64,000 bases of DNA from Octopus bimaculoides (taxonomy: Eukaryota), in the NCBI RefSeq assembly GCF_001194135.2, contig NC_068987.1:59839136-59903135 (forward strand). Direction: 5' to 3'. This document shows positions 39,024-50,516 of this stretch, piece after piece; the stretch's first letter is position 1; every line of letters starts with the position of its first letter. The notes beneath the pieces are model-generated. The model was not told where the DNA came from, did not search any database, and worked only from the letters and a program-made list of their open reading frames with translations. Made by a program: the position numbers and the translations under genes.

Positions 39024-39779
39024 NNNNNNNNNNNNNNNNNNNNNNNNNNNNNNNNNNNNNNNNNNNNNNNNNNNNNNNNNNNNNNNNNNNNNNNNNNNNN
39101 NNNNNNNNNNNNNNNNNNNNNNNNNNNNNNNNNNNNNNNNNNNNNNNNNNNNNNNNNNNNNNNNNNNNNNNNNNNNNNNNNNNNNNNNNNNNNNNNNNNN
39201 NNNNNNNNNNNNNNNNNNNNNNNNNNNNNNNNNNNNNNNNNNNNNNNNNNNNNNNNNNNNNNNNNNNNNNNNNNNNNNNNNNNNNNNNNNNNNNNNNNNN
39301 NNNNNNNNNNNNNNNNNNNNNNNNNNNNNNNNNNNNNNNNNNNNNNNNNNNNNNNNNNNNNNNNNNNNNNNNNNNNNNNNNNNNNNNNNNNNNNNNNNNN
39401 NNNNNNNNNNNNNNNNNNNNNNNNNNNNNNNNNNNNNNNNNNNNNNNNNNNNNNNNNNNNNNNNNNNNNNNNNNNNNNNNNNNNNNNNNNNNNNNNNNNN
39501 NNNNNNNNNNNNNNNNNNNNNNNNNNNNNNNNNNNNNNNNNNNNNNNNNNNNNNNNNNNNNNNNNNNNNNNNNNNNNNNNNNNNNNNNNNNNNNNNNNNN
39601 NNNNNNNNNNNNNNNNNNNNNNNNNNNNNNNNNNNNNNNNNNNNNNNNNNNNNNNNNNNNNNNNNNNNNNNNNNNNNNNNNNNNNNNNNNNNNNNNNNNN
39701 NNNNNNNNNNNNNNNNNNNNNNNNNNNNNNNNNNNNNNNNNNNNNNNNNNNNACACACACACATGTATATATATATATA

Positions 39780-40073
39780 TCTGTTGGTGTTCGTATGGCA
39801 GGTGATAGCGTAACGAAAGCAGCCGAAATATTTGGTGTATCAAGAAGTATTGTCTCGAAGGTAATGACACCCTTTGAGGAAAAAACCTCCTCGTCGAAAC
39901 AAAACTTCGGAAGAAAACCAAAACTTTGAGATAGGGACCGTCGGACTCTTACGCGAATTGTTAGAAAGGATCACAAAAGTACAGCTCTCGAAATTACTGG
40001 AGAACTTAATGACCACCTCGAAAGCCAGTTTACACTAAATCTGTTCACCTGGAAGCTGCACAAAGCCGGATCG
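39780..40073 (+). mobile_element. Tc1 transposase N-terminal (HTH) fragment
   Basis: VRMAGDSVTKAAEIFGVSRSIVSKVM...GRKPKL*DRDRRTLTRIVRKDHKSTALEITGELNDHL. Confidence 0.8.
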
Positions 40074-40127
40074 TAGGCGATTTTTTTCCTCCGTCTTCCT
40101 TTTCTCTTGAACTTTCCTCTTTCTCCT

Positions 40128-40162
40128 GTTTCTGATAATGAGCTTTGCTCGAAACGTAAAAC
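40128..40162 (+). ncRNA. Minimal type I hammerhead ribozyme motif (G8A variant) in a Penelope-like pseudo-LTR fragment (about 40075-40260)
   Basis: GTTT-CTGATAA-T-GAGC-TTT-GCTC-GAAAC-GTA-AAAC. Confidence 0.6.
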
Positions 40163-40555
40163 TATCTTTCTTGCCTTCTCCGCCGACCGTCTGTTAATAC
40201 TTTACATATACCACGCCCTTGCGTTGTTGTTTTTTCTTGTTGCTTTTGCTTCTTTATTTGAGATTAATGATATATGTGTGTATGTGTGTGTATACAAGTA
40301 TGAATATATGCATATATACATGCAAAAATAGATGCTCAGGTATAAATTCATTCAGCAAACACTCACACATAAATACACATATATATTCCAGCAGATCTAC
40401 ATATATGCGTGTATGCGTGCGTGTGTATGTATGAGCATGTACATACATATATTCGTACAGGAGGTTCAAATATATATTAATATAAGAGATTATATAAGTT
40501 TTGTAGACTTACACTTTTATACTATACACATAAATAACAACATTTTCAATGTTTA

Positions 40556-40772
40556 AAGGTGGTGAGCTCTCAAAATCATTAACATGTCGGGCAAAACGCC
40601 AAGCCACATTTCGTCCGTCTTTTGTTCTGTGTTCTAATTCCACCGAGGTCGACTTTGTCTTTCATCTTTTCGGGGTCGATAAAATAAATACCAGTTGAGC
40701 AGTGAGGTTGATGTAATTGACTTATCTCTTCCCTGAAACTACTGACATTGTGCCAATATTTGAAACCAATAT
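40556..40772 (+). mobile_element. SINE family A
   Basis: Head, core and tail all recognisable. Confidence 0.8.
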
Positions 40773-41424
40773 TTTGAATGTTTTGCTAAAGGTGGCTTTA
40801 CTGACTACTAAAATGAAATTAACTGCGCATTTATACAAGTCGCATCTTATGGATTAATTGATAGAATGCCTTGATGTAACGAATGTAATTAAGTCGTTAA
40901 TGGATGAGAAAGACTAAGGTTGTCATTGATAAATAACTCATAAAGGAAATACAGAGAATACAGTTGGATTTATTGTAAAATGTGTGTACGTGGAAGTATG
41001 GGAAATGGTGATTTAAGAGACTTTCCGTAGTATGACTTATTTCAAATATTAATGAAGACGTATTTGAAATTTCAAGGAACCATATCACTGACTATGATAT
41101 GAATAGATGTTCAGAGGCATGTATTGACAGCTTCAAGTTTTCCAGTAGTGTTTCGTATTTGGTGTTCTTGAATGGACACTTTATATTTCGTTTTCATTAT
41201 TCTGATTTTCACTTCACTTATAGTCTTTGCATACAAAGTAGTCGGCAAGCACAACGATCTCCTAGGTGAAACCGATGCAGAGACAGCGTTTTGCAATGGC
41301 TTGGATTTGCTCCACACAAGAATTTATTGATTTGTAATTCTACTTAACCTGATGACTATGCGGATCTTCCAAAAGCATCGTGAATGGAATGTGTCCAGCT
41401 TTTTTATTGTCATTCTTTTATCTT

Positions 41425-41609
41425 ATACTTATTTCAGTCATTATATTGCATCCATGTTGGGGCAACGCCTTGAAGAATTTTTTTGTCGAGCGTATACACC
41501 CCAGTACTTGTTTCTTATTGCCGAACTGCTAAGTTACGGGTACGTAAACACACCAGCACCGGTTGCCAAACGGTGGGAAGGACAAACAGCGACACATAGA
41601 CACACACAC

Positions 41610-41612
<3 letters not shown>
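41425..41612 (-). mobile_element. SINE family B, 3' half
   Basis: ccgaactgctaagttacggg...ccagcaccggttgccaaacggtgg. Confidence 0.75.
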
Positions 41613-41647
<35 letters not shown>

Positions 41648-41649
41648 TC

Positions 41650-43745
41650 TGTAATATGTTTGCCATCTTTCCAAATGGATACAACTGATAATGTTAACAA
41701 TGGATCTTGACTCAGCTGCAGTAGTTTTCTTAACGATAGTTGAAAAGTTGAGGAGTTGTGTTGGCTGTACAATAGAGCTGGGCGATATTCCATTGTGATA
41801 CCATTAGATAACAAAAGCTATTTTAAAGTACACGGCGTTGATTGGCAGAGTCCGCCGAAAAGCTAAGATTTCTTCCATGATACTTTCCATTAGTGTGAAG
41901 ATTTACTCTTTGCAAGAGTGGATGAATCAAAAGTCTTCTTGTCCTTTATTCAGCTTTGCTGCAATACACTGTTGAATCATGACCAGTAGCACAACACACA
42001 TAACTTTTCCAACCACAGTGGGCATGTCATGTTTCGCCAGTTGCTGCAAATTTACCAGGTTTCTTCCCTAACTTTGTTTGGAAACTTTATAACGATTCCC
42101 CTTGTCCAATCGATTCAGACATGCTGTTGTTTCCAGCATCTGCTGAAGATATCTCTTAACAGTATTATTGCTTTTGTCCCATTACACTTCAAGAATTCAC
42201 TCGAAATTCGATCCCTCGCAGCTGTCTTGTCCTTTAGTCTCTTCGGTATTTCTTCTATATATCTTCTGTTATCTCAACTATTACTTGCAGAACGTCAGCT
42301 AGTGATTTTGAAATAAATACAAAGAGTGTGACTAGAACGAGCTAATTCAGGGTTTATTGCAACTGATCCAATCGTCTGGCACTTTGTCCTTGTTTTCGAC
42401 AGGAGTTTCTGCTTATCTGGGTCTCAGAAGTTGCTTTCTGAACTTGTAATCTTTCCGACAAAGTGATACATTACTTTGTATCATATCTGTTACCTGCTTC
42501 TTCTGCTTCTTAACATTTTAATTACGACTAGTCTTTCTTGTCGATCTTGTAACTCGCCTTTACTAGTTGGTCTAAAGGGGATGATTTTGTGGAAGTTATT
42601 TCTATCTCTCTTTCACTGTTTTTGCTTCTTCTCTGTCATTTGCAACCCTGCGTTGGTCATTGAAATTTTATGAACATTTCCCCGAACACTTTCTACTTCA
42701 TGATCTTCTACGTTCAATAACACATTCTGCACTTTCTGTTATTAATGCTCTAAACATAATTCACTGTTCTTTAAAGCTACTGAGTGTTTCCAGTAACTTA
42801 CATACAATCCGCTACTTTCTTTTAAATTCCAGCACCTCCAGAGCAAATGGCTGGATGACAGAAAGCTTCTTCTTTTTCGATCGAGGTTTAAATGGCACCT
42901 TGCCTCCTCTAGTCGGTGATATTATGCCACATTAGCCCATCAGCAGATTCTGCCATTTTTCTACTGAGCAGACAGTCAATTTTATTGTTAGTTTTCCTAT
43001 TAAGTGTAACTAGGCGATATTCTGAGGAGTATTTTCGCAGACCTAGTCAATTTCATTATCAGTTTTCAAATGAATGAATGCTGAACATCAACAGTGAGCA
43101 TTGCTGTAGATTTAGTCAATGTCAATGATGGTATTCTTATCAGGGGAGTACTATGTCCTCTTGCGGACCGTTTTGTGTACAAAGTAGGTTTGCCGATGTA
43201 GAAGCGGTTTATGTTTTCGAATAGTAGTAAACGTTGTTCTTTCGTTGTCTCTTTACTTAATCTATACAGCCAAATGGAATGCTCCGCTCCTTACTTTTTC
43301 CTGCCGATCTCCGCATTGAGGTCTCGAATAAGCAGCTTATATGACTGTGAATTTGTTGGCTACGTTTTGCAGTTACTTTCAGAAAGCAGCCTTCTCATCA
43401 TACATGCATCTTCAATAGTTACAAAATTTAGACGATGGTCGTGTTTCTACATCTTGGTTGAATATACGTTACGTTGAAGTGTTCCTTGACTAGAGTGCAG
43501 CCTATGTGAATCTGTCTTGGAAGCCTCTTTACATAACACCGCGCCAGTTACCCAACTCTGCTGTTCTTCATGGTTGGAATAATTTTTTCACTGCAAGGTA
43601 TCTAATTAATAGTTGTCGTATTCTCTCATCAATTACATAATTTTCCCGCTCACCTGCAATGTTCGTACATTCCAGGAACTGATCATTGTTAGGATTTTAG
43701 TGTTCAGAATCCTGCTCTTCAGGAATCCAGGTAGACGAACTCCAA
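41650..43745 (-). mobile_element. Decayed RTE-clade LINE (AP endonuclease plus N-half of RT)
   Basis: MISSWNVRTL, LLIRDLNAEIG, KTAARDRISSEFLK...DWTRGIVIKFP...CSNWR, SCKE*IFTL. Confidence 0.8.
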
Positions 43746-44351
43746 TTCCTCTCATACACTAAGTTTCTTGTGGAGATTTACTTGCGATGTTTTCTTAGCC
43801 GTTGCAGGATTATTAAAGATTCAATTTGTTATCATATCACCCAGCCTTCCTCCTTTTTCAAACAAGCTTAAGACTGGTTTTAATAGAGTTATACAACAAT
43901 CCCTCACCATATCACGGTTCACCTATCGCGCACTCAGTACATCGCGGATTTTTCTGGCTAATATATGTACAATTATACCGCGGACTTCTCAGTATATCCA
44001 GGTTTCTGCAGCCGATACGTATTTATATTTTTTAGATTTTAATTATTTCTGTGAGACGTTTTGGAACGTAACACCCACGATAGTCGAGGGTTTGCTGTAT
44101 ATGTGTATGTCGATTTTTATGTACGTATGTCAGTAGGGTAGACTCTAAGTAGCTTTCTTCCTATGAGACTATTATTCGTTTAAATACGTTCAGCAATGAT
44201 ATTTAGTCATTCTGTATAACTGCAACCAAATAATCATCTTACAACTAATCTAACAAATAATTTAGCAATTAGAATAAAATGAAATAAAGGAGCATGTATT
44301 TATAAAAAATTATACAGTTTACACTTATGCTATATATTCAACGTAACTCCA

Positions 44352-44375
44352 ATAATAATAATAATAATAATAATA

Positions 44376-44428
<53 letters not shown>

Positions 44429-44465
44429 TAATAATTATAATAATAAAGAAGAAGAAGAAGAAGAA
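44352..44465. repeat. (AAT)n followed by (GAA)n
   Basis: Seen directly. Confidence 0.95.
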
Positions 44466-45521
44466 AGTTCCCGGCTGAGTAGAAATATGGGCGCTTACAA
44501 ACGTAGCTCCTAAAACAGGGTCGGGGAACTTTTTTAACCAGTTACCCCAAAATATATCTATGTATGCCGACGTCCCCGCTTAATTTGAAAGGAAGGAAAT
44601 CATAGATTCTTTGAATTCAATAGGTTTATTGAATCTATTTATATGGAGAATACAATTATAGATATATAAATTATAAAGCAAATGCGATAAAATGAATATC
44701 CTCTTTATGAAATGAAAGGTCTTTTCAAGAAATGTTTTCACTACAGCTTTTGGAGAAATGAAGTTTCATTTTTGTTACAATTACATCAAAACTGGGGCAT
44801 TTTGATGCCAGGGAATTCTCCATATTAGATTCAATAGTCTCATTGGAAAAAAGTTACGTAGAGTCTACCGTACTGAGATACGTACATAAAAATCTGAAAG
44901 GGGAACATGTTGGACAGAATTATAAGAAACTGAATCTCCTGTATTTTCTTTCACTCAAATCCAGGAACTTTTTAGCACCCACTCAAATATATTTTAGATG
45001 TTATTGGAAGATAGTTTAATTTGTAATTTGCTTTTGTTTCGTTTTGTCATTTCGTGTTTAAGATTCAAATGTTCATTTCGTTTGTTCTGTGTTTTGCTTC
45101 GTTTCGTTCAATACTTTGCTTCGTTTTACTATCTATTTCGTTTCGTTTCGCCTTGTGCTTTGTTTATCTCAATCTCACTTGTTTGTGTTTGTGTTCATTA
45201 TCTAATTAGTAATTTGTGCGTATAATGATAAAAACATCTGATGTACTTACTGTTTGATTTAGTCTTGTGTTGATAGTTTGGGTTTTCACCAATTCATACA
45301 GTAATGTTGTTGTTTTTTTGCTATATGTCGGTTTCTTTCTACACACGAGGGTTTTTACTCACAACTTGTACTTGACAAAAACTATATATAAAATATAAAT
45401 GTGTAAAAAATATTTGCAGCGTTATCAATCTTTTGTGCATCAAAAGATTCTTTTCCATTTTCTTGATAAATTTCATCCTAGTTTTGACGATGTTATTTGA
45501 CTATGCAATACATTTTTAGGA

Positions 45522-45790
45522 CAAGGGGTCGGCGAGCCAGGGTAAATTACCCGAAGTGGGGTAAAAATGAAATTCTTGTGTGTAATGAGGACTCATTAAA
45601 CATAAGTAAATTATTTAAAGCAAAAACGAGTTCCTTGTTACCACAGAAAATTTTCTTCTGGTATGAGGAGGCAGCCAAAAAGTTGTTGCCTTTCGTAACA
45701 ACCTACATTTGCAAACAAGGATCTTCCAATCTAATCAACGTAATGACAAACCAGCGTAATCGATTGAACCTCGAAGACTGTATCTAATTT
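45522..45790 (+). mobile_element. hAT (Charlie-like) deletion derivative: TIR-like start plus C-terminal dimerisation motif
   Basis: caaggggtcggcgagcc start; KKLLPFVTTYICKQGSSNLINVMTNQRNRLNLED (cf. LLPFxTTYLCEQGFS). Confidence 0.75.
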
Positions 45791-46069
45791 CAGATTGACA
45801 CACATATTGCAGCGGTCCTTCAGATTTTCTAAGCCCTGTAAAAGAACTCGGAAGTTTGGGCCTCGAACCAGGCTTTTCATGAGACTCTGAAAGCCAGGAA
45901 CTTTACAGCACCGACCATCGTACAAGTTAGCGCTACTGAGAAATAAACCCATTAATAAAGCAATAAATAATGACAAATTTCGAACTGTGATGTACTGCGG
46001 GATCAGGCCCGGGTTGAATAAAAATATGGACGCCTACGAAGCAGTCCAAAATATATCTTATTTTTAAAG

Positions 46070-46312
46070 GTGATAATTGGCGCACTTGAAAGTATCAGCA
46101 CTCAACTACCAGCATGGCTGAAAAAGTTTGGTGCAAGAGTGAAGGTAGAACACCTACAAAAATCAGCATTGCTTGGAACTGCAAGAATTCTTCAAAGGGT
46201 TTTTCAAGCATGACCACTTAACAAGTGTCAACTTCATCTACTGGCTGTGGACAGTTGACACTTTCCATCATACCCAGCATCATCAAAGCTAAATAAGCAG
46301 TGAGTTGACATC

Positions 46313-46365
<53 letters not shown>
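46070..46365 (+). mobile_element. RLE-LINE (R4/Dong-like) 3' end no. 1 with (AAT)n tail
   Basis: VIIGALESISTQLPAWLKK...LQKSALLGTARILQRVFQA* (stop 46211-13), UTR, then about 17 AAT units. Confidence 0.85.
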
Positions 46366-46368
<3 letters not shown>

Positions 46369-46730
46369 CTTTCAAAATACAAAGACCTGGAAATAGAGGT
46401 AACTCGAATGTGGAATCTAAAAACAGAAACAATTCCTATTATAGTAGGTGCCTTAGGTATAATAAAAAAATATTCAGACAAATACATAACAAAAACACCA
46501 GGACTTACAAATATATATAACATACAGAAAATTGCACTACTGGGCACAGCACATATCCTACGCAAAACACTTTCAATACAGTAACCATAAGAGCACCACA
46601 GCAAACCACAGCACATACCCAAGGCGCACAGAGCTGCGCTCGGTAGTGAAGTGAAAGCACGTTATAAAAATAAAACTACTGAATAATAATAAAACTACTG
46701 AATAATAATAATAATAATGATAATAATAAT
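46366..46730 (+). mobile_element. RLE-LINE (R4/Dong-like) 3' end no. 2, different family, with (AAT)n tail
   Basis: KLSKYKDLEIEVTRMWNLKTETIPIIVGALG...IQKIALLGTAHILRKTLSIQ*, intact frame 46366-46584. Confidence 0.9.
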
Positions 46731-47286
46731 ATCACCTTTAAAAAAACATTGTAAATTCTACTGCTAACCACGATGAATATACACAAACATTTAATCATCC
46801 TATTTACTTGTACCTTTGAATCTTTAACTTCCTAAAAAGTATGTCATTTATCTCTGTCTAAAGCTTGATAATACATTAGTTTAAAAACTAAAATAGACTA
46901 CCTAATAATTCCAACCCATGCTGCGATAAATCATCCACATAACTTTAGCATTAAATGTATTTGTAGTCTGACTATTTCTTCATTATCTTTTCATTAACCT
47001 AGTTATTTATATATCATCGTATTTCTTCTTTATAAAGCGGCTTTTGTCGTCTGGCCATTAATTATTTACGCATATAGGAATCATGAAGATGTTTAGAAAA
47101 TCCTGCTTTTAGCAAAGTATGTGTGCGTGAAATAGATAACAAGCGTGCGTAGGTGTATGTATGGCAGCAATGTGCATGTGTCTACTGTTTATGTGTGCGG
47201 CAAATAAAGGATTATCAATATCGTTATTGTTATTGTTGTTGTTAATGTTGCTGCTGCTGTCGTTGTTGTTGTTGTTGTTGTTATTA

Positions 47287-47651
47287 TTACCTCCGCCTTA
47301 GCGAATGCGGAGGTATTGTTTTCAGTCGTGTCTTTGTTTGTCCGTGGACAAGATACCTCAAGAACCGCTGGATGGATTCAGATGAAACTTTCAAGGATGT
47401 TTGGCTCCGTAACTCGCGCAAACTGATTAGATTTTGGGATCGATCCCGTACTGGACAAGGATTCTGGATTATTTTTCCTGTGTTTTTTACTCAATTTTTG
47501 AGAGCAGTCGTGTTCATTTTTAGCATTCTCGTTTGTGAGAGAAGTTGAGTTTATTTCACATATTCTCATTTTAAAAATCATCTCTGGCAAATCGTTGAGA
47601 GGCCGTTGGTGTTGCCTTAGCGGAAGTTTGCGCTCTCTGAGTGCCCTGTGT
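47287..47651 (+). mobile_element. Helentron-associated non-autonomous element (HINE/DINE-1-like)
   Basis: 5' ttacctccgcc...gcggaggt palindrome, gtttgtccgt tract, 3' gcggaagt plus hairpin gcgctctctgagtgc, T-rich flanks. Confidence 0.55.
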
Positions 47652-47669
47652 TATCATTATTATTATGAA

Positions 47670-47799
47670 GGCGGTGAGCTGGCAGAAATGTTAGCATGCC
47701 GGACAAAATACTTAGCGGTATTTCGCCAGTTGCTACGTTCTGAGTTCAAATTCCGCCGAGGTCGACTTCACCTTTCATCCTTCCTGGGGCCGATAAATT
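47670..47799 (+). mobile_element. SINE family A, 3'-truncated
   Basis: ggcggtgagctggcagaaatgttagc head and core. Confidence 0.85.
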
Positions 47800-47832
47800 A
47801 TTTCTAAGGTATTTTTCGATGTTATTATTATT

Positions 47833-47938
47833 ATTATTCAGGTCACTGCCTGGAATCGAACTCGGAATCTTGGGGTTAGTAGCCCGTGCTCTTAATCCCA
47901 AGATTCCGAGTTCGATTCCAGGCAGTGTCCTGAATAAT
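47833..47938. repeat. Inverted duplication of a short tRNA-derived SINE
   Basis: 42-nt arms (41/42), 22-nt loop; B-box GTTCGATTCC and CT-ACT-AA anticodon-like loop on the minus copy. Confidence 0.85.
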
Positions 47939-48094
47939 GATATTATTATATACGTACACATCCACACGTCAATGGTCACCAGCCCTATCCACAAGCACAC
48001 ACTTACACANNNNNNNNNNNNNNNNNNNNNNNNNNNNNNNNNNNNNNNNNNNNNNNNNNNNNNNNNNTAACTACCTTTGTCCAGCCAGCCGCCA

Positions 48095-48271
48095 TGATTG
48101 ACCGCCAGCTCCAAAAGATTTTTATTCTTTCTTTGTTTATTTCCTCGTGTTCCCTTCTGTTGAAGAGCGTAGGCTCGAAACTTAGACTTTCTCACCTTCC
48201 CGAGCGTTAGACTACACGTGTTTGTTGTTTATACACCTGTCTTCGTCTTTTGTTTTTCTGTAAGTTTCAAC

Positions 48272-48272
<1 letters not shown>
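48095..48272 (+). mobile_element. Penelope-like pseudo-LTR fragment with a decayed hammerhead motif (48154-48186)
   Basis: CTT-CTGTTGA-A-GAGC-GTAG-GCTC-GAAAC. Confidence 0.55.
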
Positions 48273-48303
<31 letters not shown>

Positions 48304-48911
48304 CATTATTTGTCGTTGTTACTATCACTACTGCTTAAGCAGTAAAGGCTCAGTCAGCAGCACAGCTAATAATTGCTATTTGGAAAGCCCTTAATTCCTT
48401 AGAGTTCACCTGTCTTTAGACAAGTCTTGTATTTCATCCTGCAGGGCGACCAAATAACAACAAAAACATCCCCCTACAGCAAGTTCTGTAAGGTTGTCGG
48501 TTTAGTCGCCAACGGCCTGACATTTGTGATTCAGTAGAGATAAATATTATTATTATTGCTGTCTTAGACGGTGGTCGCTTCCTCAACCGTACTACTACTA
48601 CTACTACTACTAAAAAGAAAAAGGACGGCGGTAATTTACATATAGTGCGTGTAAAGAATAAAAAGCAATAACACTTGACAATAAAAATTCGAATACTAAA
48701 ATTCTCCAAAAGTGGGGAAGCTTCACCATGGGCAACCAAAGAAACCCATTCATCCTGGACTCTCATCCAGACACCCTTCTCCCCTCCATTTTTCCGGTCT
48801 ACAGATGCGTGCACAGAGTAGATCCGTTCACACGGGCCATCTTCGTCACACTCACCCACCTATCAACAAAATTACTGGGGCGGGAGGGAAGAACAACAAT
48901 CATAATAATGT

Positions 48912-49403
48912 TTTCTACTATTGGCACCAGAACTGAAAATTTGGGGGAGGTGATTAGTCAATTATATTCACCCCAGTGTTCAAGTGGTATCTATTTTATC
49001 GACTTCGAAATTGATAGAAGACAAAATCGACCGATTAGATCGATCCTCGTACGCAACTGGTACTTAATTTATCGATACCGAAAGGATGAAAGGCATAGTC
49101 GACCTCGGCGGAATTTGAACTCAGAGCATAAAGACAGACAAAATACCGCTAAGCATTTCGCCCGGCGTGCTAACGTTTCTGCCTGCTCGCCGCCTTAAAT
49201 TTTTTTCTATTCTACTCTAAGCACAAGGCTCGAAATTTTTGGGGACCGGGCCAGTCGATTAGATCGACCGCTGTACTCAACTAGTACCAACTCCGAAAAG
49301 ATGAAATGCATAGTCAACCTCGGCGGAATTTCAACTCAGAAGACATGGAATACCGCTAAACATTTCGCCCACCGTTCTAACGTTTCTACCAGCTCTCCGC
49401 CTT
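48912..49403 (-). mobile_element. Cluster of SINE family A copies (old partial about 48912-49030, then about 49030-49197 and 49205-49403)
   Basis: Two heads ending in ccgcctt and three partial cores. Confidence 0.85.
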
Positions 49404-50473
49404 AACAACAATAATAATAATAAATTATTTTTTTAGTTGCTGTAACAACAATGTTATCCCTTTTAGTTATATAAACTAAAAATAGATTTCAAGCTAAGTG
49501 AAGTTGAGCTTAAGTTTTTGGAATCGCAGACAGTGGAAGATTCTTACTATTGATACCTAAATCAGCTTTTGAAAGGTTGTAGAAACGAGTAGAAAGATCA
49601 CTACTGATGTCAGTACATAGATTTAAGCTGTAATATGTGGTTTTTCTATGTCTAGTACCATCATAATTTTTTTAGCAGAAGTATTGCTATTGTTTAATGC
49701 ATGCACACATGTATACATAGACGCAATCTTTGCAATGAAGAATATTTCAATAAAACAAATAACCCCAAAAAACATCTATAACTATATACGTTAAGTAATT
49801 TGATAAATTTTGCATTGCTGTTGTAACCAAAATTACTTTGTTTTAAATAAACATATGTTTTAACATAAATTTTAAACTAAAATAACCGATGTTATTTTAA
49901 AATCTGCACAAAACTTAGGTTTACATTTCTCCGTTACTAAACTATTCATGGATGCTTCTAAAATTTTAAAAATTCAAGAATCTGACTTATTAAATTGATT
50001 TTTACTCTCTAAAATGACTAAAATATCGCACACCTCCTCAAACACCATTTTGCCCACTCTCATACACTATACGATGGAAATTTCTTTTCAGTGTTTTGCA
50101 CTACTTTGTTCTATTTCCTCTCCATTAATTACTTATTTATGATAACCATAGCCTCATATTTGCTGTGCAATAATTTCTTTAGTTTTGCGTCAAATGACAC
50201 TTCACTCCTCCCTTTAAATTAAACCATCATTCCTGAAGACATCCAATCTTTACAATTAATTTATGTATGTTAATTCTCTATAATTTACAGAGTCAGTTTT
50301 GACGAAATTTTGAAGGAAATGTCAGACAGAATACACGTTTAACTCTAGTATTCACTTCTTTCTCAGTTAACATTTTAAAGATTTGTATATCGTCTTATAT
50401 TTGAAACTCTTACAATAATACATGTGTCTACATACACATAGTTATATTGATACTGAAACACACGCATATAATA

Positions 50474-50516
<43 letters not shown>

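Noticed and set aside
45810-46005. Possible solo LTR (TG...CA, AATAAA)
   Set aside because: No target-site duplication and no second copy.
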